Source: Myxococcota bacterium
Lineage (GTDB): Bacteria; Myxococcota_A; UBA9160; UBA6930
Assembly: GCA_965223705.1 (NCBI GenBank)
Contig: OZ245015.1
Location: forward strand, 2,528,001-2,592,000
Length of the DNA: 64,000 nucleotides
Direction: 5' to 3'
Within the stretch, counting starts at the first letter, position 1, and every line of letters starts with the position of its first letter. Positions 47,681 through 57,605 of this stretch are shown one piece after another. The translations under genes and the position numbers were made by a program. The notes under the pieces are model-generated. The model was given only the letters and a program-made list of their open reading frames with translations, searched no databases and was not told the origin of the DNA.

Positions 47681-48478
47681 GTGGGTGATACGAATCGCAA
47701 TCCGCTGGAAATGCGCGGAGCACCGCGCACGGGCGTCGATCTACCCATCGAGATCTTCACCTCGGAATTCGCCGGCTCCCTGCCCGGGCGCACGCGCGAC
47801 GTCGGCGTCAGCGGGCTGTGCGCGACCACCGCGTCGCCGTTCGCGGCCAAGAGCGTGACCCACGTCGTGATCGGACTTCCCGCAGGCTCCCTGCGCGTCG
47901 AAGCCCGCGGGGTCTGGCAGCAGAGCCTCGAAAACGACGACTGTGTGATGACCGGCGTCGCGTTCACCGACACTTCCGAGGAGACGACCCACGCGCTGTG
48001 GGACCTGGTCCTCGACGTGGCCAAGGATTTTGCCCGCTTCATTCACAACACGTCCGAGATCAGCGTCGTGGGAATCGAGGGCGCGATGGCGCTCGCCCAG
48101 ATCACCCGGGTGCGTTCGCTTCCAGCCGGAGCCACGTTGTTCCGCCAAGGCACCTGCGAGCCCGAGGAACGCTCGCTGTTCGTGGTCGACCGCGGCTCCA
48201 TCGATATCGAAGTCCGCGTACGAGACGCGATCCGTCGGCCCCTCGGCCGCCTCGAACGCGGACGCCTCGTCGGAGGGCTGCCAATGGTCGCAGGTGGCGA
48301 TCATCCGGAGACGGCGAGCACCGCCGAAGACACGCGTCTCCTCGAAATCGACCCCATGGCCTTTGCCTACATCCAACGCGCCAAACCGTGGCTCGGCCAC
48401 ATCCTCTGTCAGGCGGTCACCCGCTCGTACGCCGAGCGTCTGCAGAAGATGCTCGCGCAGGTTCGCGACTGCTTGTAG
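47681..48478 (+). CDS. PilZ-like plus cNMP-binding-like domain protein
   Basis: RGAPR and DVGVSG motifs, GVAF; then LPAGATLFRQG..LFVVDRG. Confidence 0.75.
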   Translation: MGDTNRNPLEMRGAPRTGVDLPIEIFTSEFAGSLPGRTRDVGVSGLCATTASPFAAKSVTHVVIGLPAGSLRVEARGVWQQSLENDDCVMTGVAFTDTSEETTHALWDLVLDVAKDFARFIHNTSEISVVGIEGAMALAQITRVRSLPAGATLFRQGTCEPEERSLFVVDRGSIDIEVRVRDAIRRPLGRLERGRLVGGLPMVAGGDHPETASTAEDTRLLEIDPMAFAYIQRAKPWLGHILCQAVTRSYAERLQKMLAQVRDCL

Positions 48479-48547
48479 CGCGGAATATCCGCCAAAAATG
48501 CTATCGATATCGGCCGGCGTCTCGTCGCACGACGCCCAGGAGCGCGC

Positions 48548-49249
48548 GTGGCCCGAAGGATCTTCTCCCGAATTCGCGAAGCCCTTCGCCGGTACTTCGT
48601 CGCCGGCATCCTCGCGTTCGCGCCGATCGGGATCACCATCTGGGCGCTCGCGTGGATTATCGAGCGCCTCGACAACCTGATTCTGCCGCGCCTGATCGAC
48701 CTGTTCTTTCCGGCGATTCAAGACCCGCCGCGAATCCCACTCCTCGGGGCGCTCTTTACACTGCTGGTCATCTTGCTGTTCGGCGTGATCGCCCGGCACT
48801 TCTTCGGCCTCGAGCTCGTTCGGCTCGGGGAACGACTTCTGCGCCGCGTTCCGGTTGCGCGCTCGATCTACGGCGGGGTCAAACAACTCGTCGAAGCGAT
48901 TTTCACCGGGAGTCAAGCGACGAGCTTTCGGCGCGTCGCGATCATCGAGTACCCGCGCCGGGGGCTGTACGCGCTCGCCTTCGTGACGGGACCGGCACGG
49001 GGCGTCATTCAGGCAGCGCACGACGAAGCCCTCGTGAACTGCTTCGTGCCGACGACGCCGAATCCCACGTCGGGTTTCTACCTGCTCATACCGAGAGACG
49101 AACTGATCGAAATCGACATCAGCGTCGAGGACGCTTTCAAACTCGTGATGTCGGCCGGTCTGGTCTACCCGGGCGAAGGGGACGCCGTCAAGACTCCGCC
49201 CGCTCCTGAATTGCCCGCCACAGGAAGTACAGACCCAACGCAAGCGTGA
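48548..49249 (+). CDS. DUF502 membrane protein
   Basis: FVAGIL..PIGIT, RVPVARSIY..VKQ, EYPRRG, FVPTTPNPTSGF. Confidence 0.93.
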   Translation: MARRIFSRIREALRRYFVAGILAFAPIGITIWALAWIIERLDNLILPRLIDLFFPAIQDPPRIPLLGALFTLLVILLFGVIARHFFGLELVRLGERLLRRVPVARSIYGGVKQLVEAIFTGSQATSFRRVAIIEYPRRGLYALAFVTGPARGVIQAAHDEALVNCFVPTTPNPTSGFYLLIPRDELIEIDISVEDAFKLVMSAGLVYPGEGDAVKTPPAPELPATGSTDPTQA

Positions 49250-49448
49250 TCCCGGCGCCGACGCGGTTGAACATGATGTATTCCATGTCGGGATTGAACC
49301 AGCCGTCGTAGACGAACCAGACACAGAATGCGAGAAGGACGACCGGCAGGAAGAACGGGTTGTCGAAGGGAGTCGGAGCGTACTCTTCGTCCGGTTCGGC
49401 TTCCGCTGCGCCTCGGGAATCCCGCTCTACTTCCGACGGATCTGCCAT
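49188..49448 (-). CDS. Small hypothetical membrane protein
   Basis: Acidic N-terminus, two TM helices, TAAGGT -10 six nt upstream of the ATG. Confidence 0.65.
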   Translation of the reverse strand: MADPSEVERDSRGAAEAEPDEEYAPTPFDNPFFLPVVLLAFCVWFVYDGWFNPDMEYIMFNRVGAGITLALGLYFLWRAIQERAES

Positions 49449-49486
49449 GCGGCGACCTTAGCAAACGCGCCGCGGCGCAGGGCCTG

Positions 49487-51499
49487 CTAACGCTCGATGT
49501 GGACTTTCACGTCGAGGGGGATCCGGAGGTCTTCTTCCTCTGCAGTGGCGATCAGGCGCCGCAAGGTCGGCGAAAGCGCATCCATTCGAAGCGATAGCTC
49601 GAGGCGGACCCGGCCCTCCGGCATCGGCGTCTGGCCGGGGTCGGATTGGAACGAGATCTGCGATGAAAAACCGCCGAAGCTGCCCACGTGGGCGTCTTCG
49701 GGTTTCTCGTCGAGGTCCTCTCCGTCGAACAGGGAGTCGATGCCGCTGCTGTCGCGAAGTTCACCACCGGGCTCCTCGAAGACTTCTTCGGGGGCAGCCG
49801 TCGGGGGCAGCGGCGCGTGCTGCCTGAGCTCTTCAAAGGATTCGGAGAGTCCATCCGAGATGGCGTCGTGGTCGTCTTCGGCAGCCTCGTCGTCCGCAGC
49901 CAGCGGCGGCAACGTGGGCGGGTCTTCCGGATCCTCGGCGGGTTCAGGGCTCGCGATCTCCGCCTCGAAGCTCGGTTCGGAGCTCACGAGCTCGGCGCCG
50001 AAGCTGAAATCGAGGGCGGGGTTGTCGAGCGCGATGGGCTCGACCAAGGCTTCCTCTTCCGGGCTTTCCCCAAGAGAGGGCTCGGACGGCGCGAGCATCG
50101 CGAATCCGGTTTCCTCTTCCGCATCGGCGCCATGTACCTCGAGCGGCTCCGGGGGATCGACGGGGTCGACGTCCCGGGAAAGGCTCGCCAACAAGTCCGC
50201 CGCGTCGTCGGCGACGCCGTCGTGGTCGTGCACCTCCGCCAACATCTCCGCGGCGGCGGGAACTTCTCGTGCGGGCTCTTCTTCTGGAGCTTCGAGGGTG
50301 GCCAACCCGGGGTGGGTGTCCACCTCGACGAGCAGCTCGGGTGCTGCGTCGGATTCTTCTACGGGTGCAGCGTCCTCGAGCGCCTCGGCGCTGACCGTCA
50401 GCTCGAAGCCTTCGATCGAAACCACGTCGCCGGCGTGGAGTTGGCGCTCGGTGATCTTCTCGCCGTTCACGAACGTGAAGTTGATCGACTCCAGATCGCG
50501 CACCCAGAAGCCCGTCGGGGTCCGCTCGAGTTCCGCGTGACGGCGCGAAATCTTTGGATCGGCGAGGACGATGTCGCACCCCGACGTACGTCCGATCACC
50601 ATGACGGGGCGCTCCCAGAGGATCTGTCGAGGCGGCTCGCCGTCGCGCCGAACGGTCACGGTGGCCTCGTCGCTTCCCTCGGCCGGGGCTGTCCCCAGGT
50701 CGTGCGCCACGGCGGGCTCCGGCTGGGCGGATTCTTGCCGATGGCCCGGCTTCGACGCCGGGTTCTCCTCCGCGATCGCCGGCTCGGGAGCCTCGAGGGA
50801 TGTGAAATCGAAAATGTCCGCTTCGGGGCCACCTTCGTCGCCCGTAGGCTCCGCCTCACCCAGGGCGCTCGCGACGGGAAACGCAACGTCGGCTTCGGCT
50901 ACGTCGGACGATTCGGGAAACTCCAATTCGATATCCGAAGCGCCAATCGCCGCCGGCGCGTCTCCGGCAAGCGCGGCACCCGAAGTCAGCTCCTGCATGA
51001 ACGCGTCAGCGGCCGCTCCGGTTCCCGTGTCGTTCGGGGGCGCGATGGGCGCGAGCGGCTCGGAATCGGCTGCGCCCGCAACGGCCGGAAAGTCGTCGAA
51101 GTCATCCGGCGTCTCGGATGCTTCGGCGCCGGCGGGAAAGAGCTGGGTCGCGTGCTGGGGATCGAGCCCCGGTGCCTCGGGCGGCGTCGCCGGTTCGGCA
51201 GGCGGATCCGGATATTCGACCGTGATCTGGTGCTTTCCGATGATGAGCTCGTCGTCAGGCCCGAGATCGACCTGATCGGCGCGCACGCCGTTCACGAAGC
51301 AACCGTTCTCGCTGCCGCCGTCGATCAGACGTACGCGGTCGCCCTCTCTCGTGAGCTCGGCGTGGGCCCGACTCACGGAGAGATTGTTGATCACGATGTC
51401 GTTGTCTTTGCGGCGCCCGATACGGAGCGTGTCGCCGTCGAAAGGAACGGTCTGGAGGAGACGGCCCTGAAACAAAACTCGAATGATCGGCGAACTCAT
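49487..51499 (-). CDS. Double FHA-domain protein with long acidic linkers
   Basis: IGRRKDND..VSRAHA..SENG..VNG and IGRTSGCD..ISRRHA..SIN.TFVNG. Confidence 0.9.
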   Translation of the reverse strand: MSSPIIRVLFQGRLLQTVPFDGDTLRIGRRKDNDIVINNLSVSRAHAELTREGDRVRLIDGGSENGCFVNGVRADQVDLGPDDELIIGKHQITVEYPDPPAEPATPPEAPGLDPQHATQLFPAGAEASETPDDFDDFPAVAGAADSEPLAPIAPPNDTGTGAAADAFMQELTSGAALAGDAPAAIGASDIELEFPESSDVAEADVAFPVASALGEAEPTGDEGGPEADIFDFTSLEAPEPAIAEENPASKPGHRQESAQPEPAVAHDLGTAPAEGSDEATVTVRRDGEPPRQILWERPVMVIGRTSGCDIVLADPKISRRHAELERTPTGFWVRDLESINFTFVNGEKITERQLHAGDVVSIEGFELTVSAEALEDAAPVEESDAAPELLVEVDTHPGLATLEAPEEEPAREVPAAAEMLAEVHDHDGVADDAADLLASLSRDVDPVDPPEPLEVHGADAEEETGFAMLAPSEPSLGESPEEEALVEPIALDNPALDFSFGAELVSSEPSFEAEIASPEPAEDPEDPPTLPPLAADDEAAEDDHDAISDGLSESFEELRQHAPLPPTAAPEEVFEEPGGELRDSSGIDSLFDGEDLDEKPEDAHVGSFGGFSSQISFQSDPGQTPMPEGRVRLELSLRMDALSPTLRRLIATAEEEDLRIPLDVKVHIER

Positions 51500-51602
51500 C
51501 CGTACACAACCTCCCGGGATCGGACGTTCACCGGAACTCTTCGCTCGCACGGGGTGGAAACTTGACCGAGGTCACCAAAGAACCCAGGGGCCGAGGATCC
51601 GA

Positions 51603-52160
51603 TTACACCTCAGCAGGACGCAACAAAGATGCAATCTCGCGGACGTGGGGATCTCGAATGCCGAGGCGCCTGAGCGCGCGGTCCAATTCCCGCACGTAGT
51701 CGTCGTTGCGACCACTCGGCCCTGTCGACGAAGCGACCTGGCGCGCGATGTCTCGAGAAGGTGCCGCGCCCAGATAGTTCGGATTCGCTTCCGTCGCGCG
51801 GTAGACGAGAGCGGGGCGTCGCCCCCGCGCTGCAGAAGAGCCGCCCGCCACCGGACGCAGCAGCTCGACATCGCGCCATTCCCGCGCGTAGCCGCCTTTC
51901 TCGCGGTAGTCGAGCGCTTCCAGTATGGCTGCAGCGTCTTCGCGCGCGACCTCGAACGCGACGCCGTCGCAATAGCCCTCGGAATCGGAGACCAGCGTGA
52001 CCACCCGGCCGGGCGCCCCGGGCACCCCGCGGTGATCCGTCGATCCCTGCCAGAACCGGCGCAAGTAGCTCGGGAGTCGCGCGACGTGCGCTTGCCGGTA
52101 CGCGAAATTCGGCCGCCAGATGAGCGACCCGTAGCCGAAGATCCAGAGCGACCCTGCCAT
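51603..52160 (-). CDS. chaC: ChaC-family gamma-glutamylcyclotransferase
   Basis: WIFGYGSLIW, RRFWQGSTDHRG..PGRVVTL, LDYREK, GPSG.N..Y. Confidence 0.92.
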   Translation of the reverse strand: MAGSLWIFGYGSLIWRPNFAYRQAHVARLPSYLRRFWQGSTDHRGVPGAPGRVVTLVSDSEGYCDGVAFEVAREDAAAILEALDYREKGGYAREWRDVELLRPVAGGSSAARGRRPALVYRATEANPNYLGAAPSRDIARQVASSTGPSGRNDDYVRELDRALRRLGIRDPHVREIASLLRPAEV

Positions 52161-52163
52161 GAC

Positions 52164-52661
52164 CTAGGACGACTCTGCCCCCTCGTCGTCTCCATACGTG
52201 ATCGCCACGACTTCGAGCTCGCGAACGCCGCGCGGAGACTCGAGGTGAACCACATCCCCGACCTCACGACCGAGGAGTGCCCGACCGAGGGGCGATATCA
52301 AGCTAATCGATCCGCGCGACGCATCCGCTTCGTCGACGCCGACGATTCGGTAGCGAAGCGGCGCATCCGCACCGGCTTCGTCGAGCGTCACCGTGGCGGC
52401 GAAGTAGACCCGATCCGTCTGGGGAGGCGATGTGTCGACGACCGTGAGCTCATCGAGGCGTTTCGACAGAAAACGGATCCTGCGGTCGATCTCCCGCAAC
52501 CGCTTTTTTCCGTAGATGTATTCCGCGTTCTCGGAGCGATCACCCAAGGCTGCTGCCGCCGAGACCTCCGCCGTCACTTTCCGTCGCTCGACGCGCTGCA
52601 AGTGGTCGAGCTCCCGCTCGAGGGCGGCAAAACCCGCTGCGGTGATGTAACTCGCCGACAC
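52164..52661 (-). CDS. greB: Transcription elongation factor GreB
   Basis: YIT..G, GDRSENAEYIYGKKRLREIDRRIRFL, ISPLGRALLG. Confidence 0.95.
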   Translation of the reverse strand: MSASYITAAGFAALERELDHLQRVERRKVTAEVSAAAALGDRSENAEYIYGKKRLREIDRRIRFLSKRLDELTVVDTSPPQTDRVYFAATVTLDEAGADAPLRYRIVGVDEADASRGSISLISPLGRALLGREVGDVVHLESPRGVRELEVVAITYGDDEGAESS

Positions 52662-52700
52662 GAGCGCACACTAGCGCGAGAGACCGCTAGCTTCCCGGGC

Positions 52701-55607
52701 GTGAACGAACCGAGCGAACGCTTCGAGGCGCTGTTTGCCGCGCTTCGCGCCGAAGCCAGCCGATCGGCCTGGTCTCGAGCCGTCGAACTCGCCCGCGCGG
52801 ATCGCGTGGCGACCCAGCCGAGCGCAAACGACGAGCTCATCGCGCGCGTCGACGTGCCGGGAGCCGTCGTGACACCGACGGCCATCCTCTACCCCGCGCT
52901 CGAAGACTGGGAGTGCGACTGCCACGAGGACGAGCCGTGCGCCCACGTGCTCGCCGCGGTGATCGCCCTCCGCCGAGCCGACCGCGAAGGCCGGGCTGTT
53001 CCCCAGGTCGAAACGAGTCAGGGGACGATTCGCTACGGCCTGAGCCGCCGCGACGGGGTACTCCACTTTCAACGGTTCGCCGTGGTCGGCGACCGGAGCG
53101 AGCCACTGCGAGGCACCCTCGACGCGATTGCGCGCGGTCGGGTCGAGGGACCGCGTGTGGCGGCGAGCGAACGGGATTTCGAGATCGAGCGGACCCTCGG
53201 CTCACAGCGCTCGGGGCGCCTCCCGCGCGGCATTCTTCACCGCATCCTGGCAGCCCTCCGCGATGAAGCCGGCCGAGTGACACTCGACGATGAGCCCATC
53301 TGCACCGACGGTGCGCCACTGTCGTTCGTCGCCCGCCTTCGCGACGATGGACCGGACTTCCTGCTGACGGTCGAGCGCGAGCTCACCGTCGATGAGCATT
53401 TCGCCGACGATGTCGTCCGGTGCGGCGACACGTTGCGCCCGACGGGGCAAGCCGGGTTGTCGGGGCGCGAACTCGAGCAGTACGGTCGGGGCGCGCGTTT
53501 TCGGCCCGACGACGCGGCGACGCTCGTCACCGAGATCCTTCCGGAACTCGCGAAGCGGATCACCGTGGAAGTCCAAACCGATCGCCTGCCCCGCGGCGAA
53601 GCGCTCGAACCGCGGCCCGAGGTCGAGCTAGAGCGCGAAGGAGAAGCGCTGCGGGTTCTCGCGACCGTGGTCTACGGCGACCCCCCGGTGGCGAGGATCG
53701 ACGCCGACCGCCTGGTTCCCCTCGGCGACGTCGTTCCGCTGCGCGATCGAAACGCAGAGGCGCGCGTTGTCGCGGCGCTGCGCCAGACGTTGGGTGTGGC
53801 GCCCGGCCACGCCGTCGTATTTCGGGGACGAGAAGCCCTCGTGATGGCCGAGCGCTTGCGCGCCGTGCCCTACGCGCCCCAGGACGCACTTGCCTCCTTC
53901 CGGGAGCGGCGACCCTTGTCGCTGGTGGCTCGTCGAGGGGGCGACGGTTTCGCGTTTGAGAGTGACGGGATCGTTGCGTCTGCAGAACACGTGGTCCGCG
54001 CTTGGCGCGACGGCGCAGAATTCCTCGCCCTGGACGATGGCGGGCTCGCCCCCCTTCCATCCGACTGGCTCGAGCGACACGGCGACACACTCGCCGACCT
54101 CTTGGCCGCTCGGGACTCGAACGGCGCCCTTCCCGCCAGTGCCGCACCGGCGCTCGAAGCGTTCTGCGAAGAGCAGGATCTGCCTGCCCCGGCGCCTCCC
54201 GAGGCGCTTCGACGGATGCTCGAGCTTTCGGACGCGAGCGATCTGATGCACGAGAACTTCGCAGGGACGTTGCGGGACTACCAAGTGCGGGGGCTCGCGT
54301 TTGTACAGAGTCGGACCCGAGCGGGGTTCGGAGCTCTCCTGGCAGACGACATGGGACTCGGCAAGACCGTCCAAACCCTCGCCGGTTTGCGCGGCAGGAC
54401 GCTGGTCGTCGCGCCGACGAGCGTCCTCCACAACTGGCTCGCAGAGGCCACGCGCTTCCGGCCAGACCTTCGGGCCTGCCTCTACCACGGATCGACGCGG
54501 ACCCTCGACGACGACGCGGACCTGGTACTGACGAGTTACGCGATTCTGCGCCTCGACCAGTCGGCCCTCGCGGCGCGCCCCTTCGACACGGTCGTCCTCG
54601 ACGAAGCCCAGAACATCAAGAATCCGGACAGCCAGACCGCCCGCGCGGCGCGCGCGCTTCGCGGCGAAGGCCGCGTCGCCCTGACCGGAACGCCTGTCGA
54701 AAACCGACTCGAGGAGCTGTGGAGCATCTTCGCGTTTCTCAACCCCGGGCTCCTCGGCGCGCGAAGCGACTTTTCCAAGCGGACGGCGCGCCCCGCGGAG
54801 AGCGGAGACCCAGGCGCGTTGGAACGTTTGACGCGCCGTACCGCGGCCTTCTTTCTACGGCGGACCAAAGAAGAAGTGACGCCGGAGCTACCTCCGCGCC
54901 AAGAAGTGACGCGGTACATCGAGCTCGGCGACGACGAACGCGCGTGCTACGACGCGATCCGGGCGGCGCTCGTTCCCGACATCGTGCGCGATCTCCGCGC
55001 AGGCGCTGCGAAACCCCTCGGCGCCCTCGAGGCGCTACTCCGTCTGCGGCAGGCGGCGTGCCACGGGGGGCTGGTGCCGGGTTCGAGAATCGACTCCTCG
55101 TCGAAGCTCTCGGCATTGGCCGACGCGCTGGAGACGGCGGCGGCCGCGGGCCATCGCGCCCTCATCTTCTCGCAATGGACTTCCCTGCTCGATCGGGTCG
55201 AGCCGGTGCTCACGGACCGCGGGGTTTCTTTTTTGCGGATCGACGGATCGACCCGCGACCGGGCGGGCGTTGTCGAAGCGTTCCAGGCCGCGGGCGGCCC
55301 GCGGGCCCTCCTGATTTCGCTTCACGCAGGCGGCACGGGTCTGAACCTCACCGCGGCCGATCACGTCTTCATCCTCGATCCGTGGTGGAACCCTGCGGTG
55401 GAAGCCCAAGCTGCCGCGCGAGCGCACCGGATCGGCCAGACCAAACCCGTGCTCGTGCAACGACTCGTGGCCCGCGATACGGTCGAGGAACGGGTCGTCG
55501 CCCTGCAAGCGCGAAAGCAATCGCTCGCCGACGCGGCGGCCGGCGGAGCGGCGGACCGCATCGATGCCGCGGAGCTCCTCGAGCTCCTTTTGGAGGAGCT
55601 CCGATGA
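52701..55607 (+). CDS. SWIM zinc-finger SNF2/DEAD-H helicase
   Basis: CDC.....CAH, LRDYQ, LADDMGLGKT, DEAQNIKN, LTGTPVENRL, FSQW, GGTGLNLT, PWWNPAVE.QA..RAHRIGQ. Confidence 0.94.
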   Translation: MNEPSERFEALFAALRAEASRSAWSRAVELARADRVATQPSANDELIARVDVPGAVVTPTAILYPALEDWECDCHEDEPCAHVLAAVIALRRADREGRAVPQVETSQGTIRYGLSRRDGVLHFQRFAVVGDRSEPLRGTLDAIARGRVEGPRVAASERDFEIERTLGSQRSGRLPRGILHRILAALRDEAGRVTLDDEPICTDGAPLSFVARLRDDGPDFLLTVERELTVDEHFADDVVRCGDTLRPTGQAGLSGRELEQYGRGARFRPDDAATLVTEILPELAKRITVEVQTDRLPRGEALEPRPEVELEREGEALRVLATVVYGDPPVARIDADRLVPLGDVVPLRDRNAEARVVAALRQTLGVAPGHAVVFRGREALVMAERLRAVPYAPQDALASFRERRPLSLVARRGGDGFAFESDGIVASAEHVVRAWRDGAEFLALDDGGLAPLPSDWLERHGDTLADLLAARDSNGALPASAAPALEAFCEEQDLPAPAPPEALRRMLELSDASDLMHENFAGTLRDYQVRGLAFVQSRTRAGFGALLADDMGLGKTVQTLAGLRGRTLVVAPTSVLHNWLAEATRFRPDLRACLYHGSTRTLDDDADLVLTSYAILRLDQSALAARPFDTVVLDEAQNIKNPDSQTARAARALRGEGRVALTGTPVENRLEELWSIFAFLNPGLLGARSDFSKRTARPAESGDPGALERLTRRTAAFFLRRTKEEVTPELPPRQEVTRYIELGDDERACYDAIRAALVPDIVRDLRAGAAKPLGALEALLRLRQAACHGGLVPGSRIDSSSKLSALADALETAAAAGHRALIFSQWTSLLDRVEPVLTDRGVSFLRIDGSTRDRAGVVEAFQAAGGPRALLISLHAGGTGLNLTAADHVFILDPWWNPAVEAQAAARAHRIGQTKPVLVQRLVARDTVEERVVALQARKQSLADAAAGGAADRIDAAELLELLLEELR

Positions 55608-56122
55608 GTGACGCCGACCGCGCCGTCGATGCCCAGGTTCGCGCGGACATCGCGGCGCGCGGCTATCACCTGGGCATCGTTCCCGCCCTGCCAACGGCGT
55701 GTGGTTGGGCGTTTAGCGCAGGGCTCCTCGAGAGCTCGAAACATCCCGATCTCATCTGCTTCGGGCCCGATCTCGATCCGATCGCTGGCCTGGTGCAGCG
55801 GTTGTGCGAGTTGGTTCGACGCGGTGAGCGGTTCGACGAACGCGAACGGCACGCAGGAGTGCTCGCCGGAAACGACATCATCACGCGTCCTGTCGAGGCG
55901 AAATGGGTCCCTGTGTTTCTCGGCAATACGGCGTGGCTCTACGAACGCGACACGTTTCCGGCACTCCAATGTTTTTGGCCCGATGCGGGCGGTCGCTTTC
56001 CTTGGGATCCCGACTTCCAGAGCGAGTGGCGTGATCAGCAGCCCTTTTTGTTCGAGTCCCTGACGCACAAAGCACTGCCCGACGGCTTGCTGCAGTCGCT
56101 TCGCACGGACGGTGCGCTGTAG
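55604..56122 (+). CDS. DUF4262-like protein
   Basis: WAFSAGL...HPDLICFG, LQCFWPD..GRFPWD; ATGA-coupled to the helicase. Confidence 0.8.
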   Translation: MSDADRAVDAQVRADIAARGYHLGIVPALPTACGWAFSAGLLESSKHPDLICFGPDLDPIAGLVQRLCELVRRGERFDERERHAGVLAGNDIITRPVEAKWVPVFLGNTAWLYERDTFPALQCFWPDAGGRFPWDPDFQSEWRDQQPFLFESLTHKALPDGLLQSLRTDGAL

Positions 56123-56123
56123 C

Positions 56124-57572
56124 GTGAGTAAGCCGCTCCATATCGTCGTCGTCGGCGGTAGCGTCGCGGGTCTCAGCGCGGCGCTCATGTTGGCCGAGGC
56201 CGGTCACCGCTGTACGGTGCTCGAGCGCGACGGAGAGCCTGCCCCCGAAGCCTCCCTCGACGCGTTCGCCGCGTGGCATCGGCCCGGAGTCCCACAACTG
56301 CGCCATTCCCACGCGTTCCTCGCGCGCTTGAGGAAGCTCTTCCAGGCGCGGCTTCCCGCCGCGTACGATCGCTTGCTCGGGGCAGGGTCCGAAGAAATCG
56401 GCGTCGCCGAACTCTTCGCTCCGACGATCGAAAACCCATCCCCGCAACCCGGGGACGAGGATCTCGTCATGCTCGCGTGTCGGCGCGCGACGTTCGAGTG
56501 GGCCCTTTGGCGCGAGGCGCTCGCCCACGCTTCGATCGAGATCCGTACGGACGCGCGGGTCGTCGGCCTTGCGACCACGCCGGACCGACCCGACTGCATC
56601 TCGGGCGTTCGGCTCGCGGGCGGACCTCCGATCCTCGGCGACCTGGTGGTCGACGCGAGTGGTCGCCACACCCGGGCGCCGCGTTGGCTCGCGGCGGCCG
56701 GCCGCCCAGAACCGAAAATCGAACGGGCCGAAAGCGGCATCTTTTACTGTTCGCGTTTCTACCGCGCCGCGAACGTAGCCACCGAGCGTCGCGACCTCGC
56801 CGTGGCGGTCGACCTCGGTTTTCTCAAGTTCGCCGTGTTTCACGGCGACTCGGGAATCTTCTCCGTCACGTTGGCGGGGCCACCCGACGACCCAGAACTC
56901 GCGACGCTGCGCACAGGCGACAGCTTCGATCGCGCGACGCGGCTGCTGCCCCAGGTGCACCGATTCACCCGGACCGCGCGGCCGGTGAGCCGCGTCTACA
57001 CGATGGCGGGACTCGACAACGTGAGGCGGAGCTACGAACCGGAAGCCACACGGGGGTTCGTCGCGATCGGCGACGCCGCGCTCCATACGAACCCGCTTTA
57101 CGGTCGTGGTTGCACCATGGCTCTCATCCACGCGGCCCTGCTCGTGGATGCGATCGCCGCGCACGGTGCCGGTGCGGCACTGGGTCCGCATCTCGAGAAG
57201 GATGTCGATCGGGAACTCGCCCCCTGGTTCGACTTCGCCTGTCGGCAAGATCGCGACGGCATCGAGCACGCGCAGAGCCACCGAGACAAAGCCCCGAGGC
57301 CCGAAGTTCGCCCGGACGGCACCCTCGACCCGAAGGCGTACATGCGCGCTCTGGTCAAACGCGGGCTCCTTCCGGTCATGCGTCGCGACGCGTGGGTCGC
57401 TCGAAAGGCTTTCCGCGGCTTCCACATGCTCGACCCCCCCGCTTCTCTCATGAACGACCCGGAGGTCATGAAGCGGGTTCTCGCCGAGTTCCGTTCCTCG
57501 CCAAAGGACCCCGCAGAGCTCGGAGCGATCACACGGGCGAGTTTCGTCGCGGCGCTCGGCGGGGCCGAGTAA
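56124..57572 (+). CDS. FAD-dependent oxidoreductase/monooxygenase
   Basis: VVGGSVAGL..A..L...G...VLERD, GVPQ..H.H, VVDASGR, IGDA...TNP.YGRG. Confidence 0.9.
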   Translation: MSKPLHIVVVGGSVAGLSAALMLAEAGHRCTVLERDGEPAPEASLDAFAAWHRPGVPQLRHSHAFLARLRKLFQARLPAAYDRLLGAGSEEIGVAELFAPTIENPSPQPGDEDLVMLACRRATFEWALWREALAHASIEIRTDARVVGLATTPDRPDCISGVRLAGGPPILGDLVVDASGRHTRAPRWLAAAGRPEPKIERAESGIFYCSRFYRAANVATERRDLAVAVDLGFLKFAVFHGDSGIFSVTLAGPPDDPELATLRTGDSFDRATRLLPQVHRFTRTARPVSRVYTMAGLDNVRRSYEPEATRGFVAIGDAALHTNPLYGRGCTMALIHAALLVDAIAAHGAGAALGPHLEKDVDRELAPWFDFACRQDRDGIEHAQSHRDKAPRPEVRPDGTLDPKAYMRALVKRGLLPVMRRDAWVARKAFRGFHMLDPPASLMNDPEVMKRVLAEFRSSPKDPAELGAITRASFVAALGGAE

Positions 57573-57605
57573 ACTCGGAGCGCACGCCACGAGAAGGAGA
57601 AGCGG

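Noticed and set aside
51483..52700. N-terminal 406 aa of the 1374-aa ORF
   Set aside because: Overlaps chaC and greB on the opposite strand; the helicase most plausibly starts at GTG 52701.
52701..56122. SNF2 helicase plus DUF4262 as a defence system
   Set aside because: SWIM-SNF2 proteins are widespread, and no nuclease, methylase or mobile context is present.
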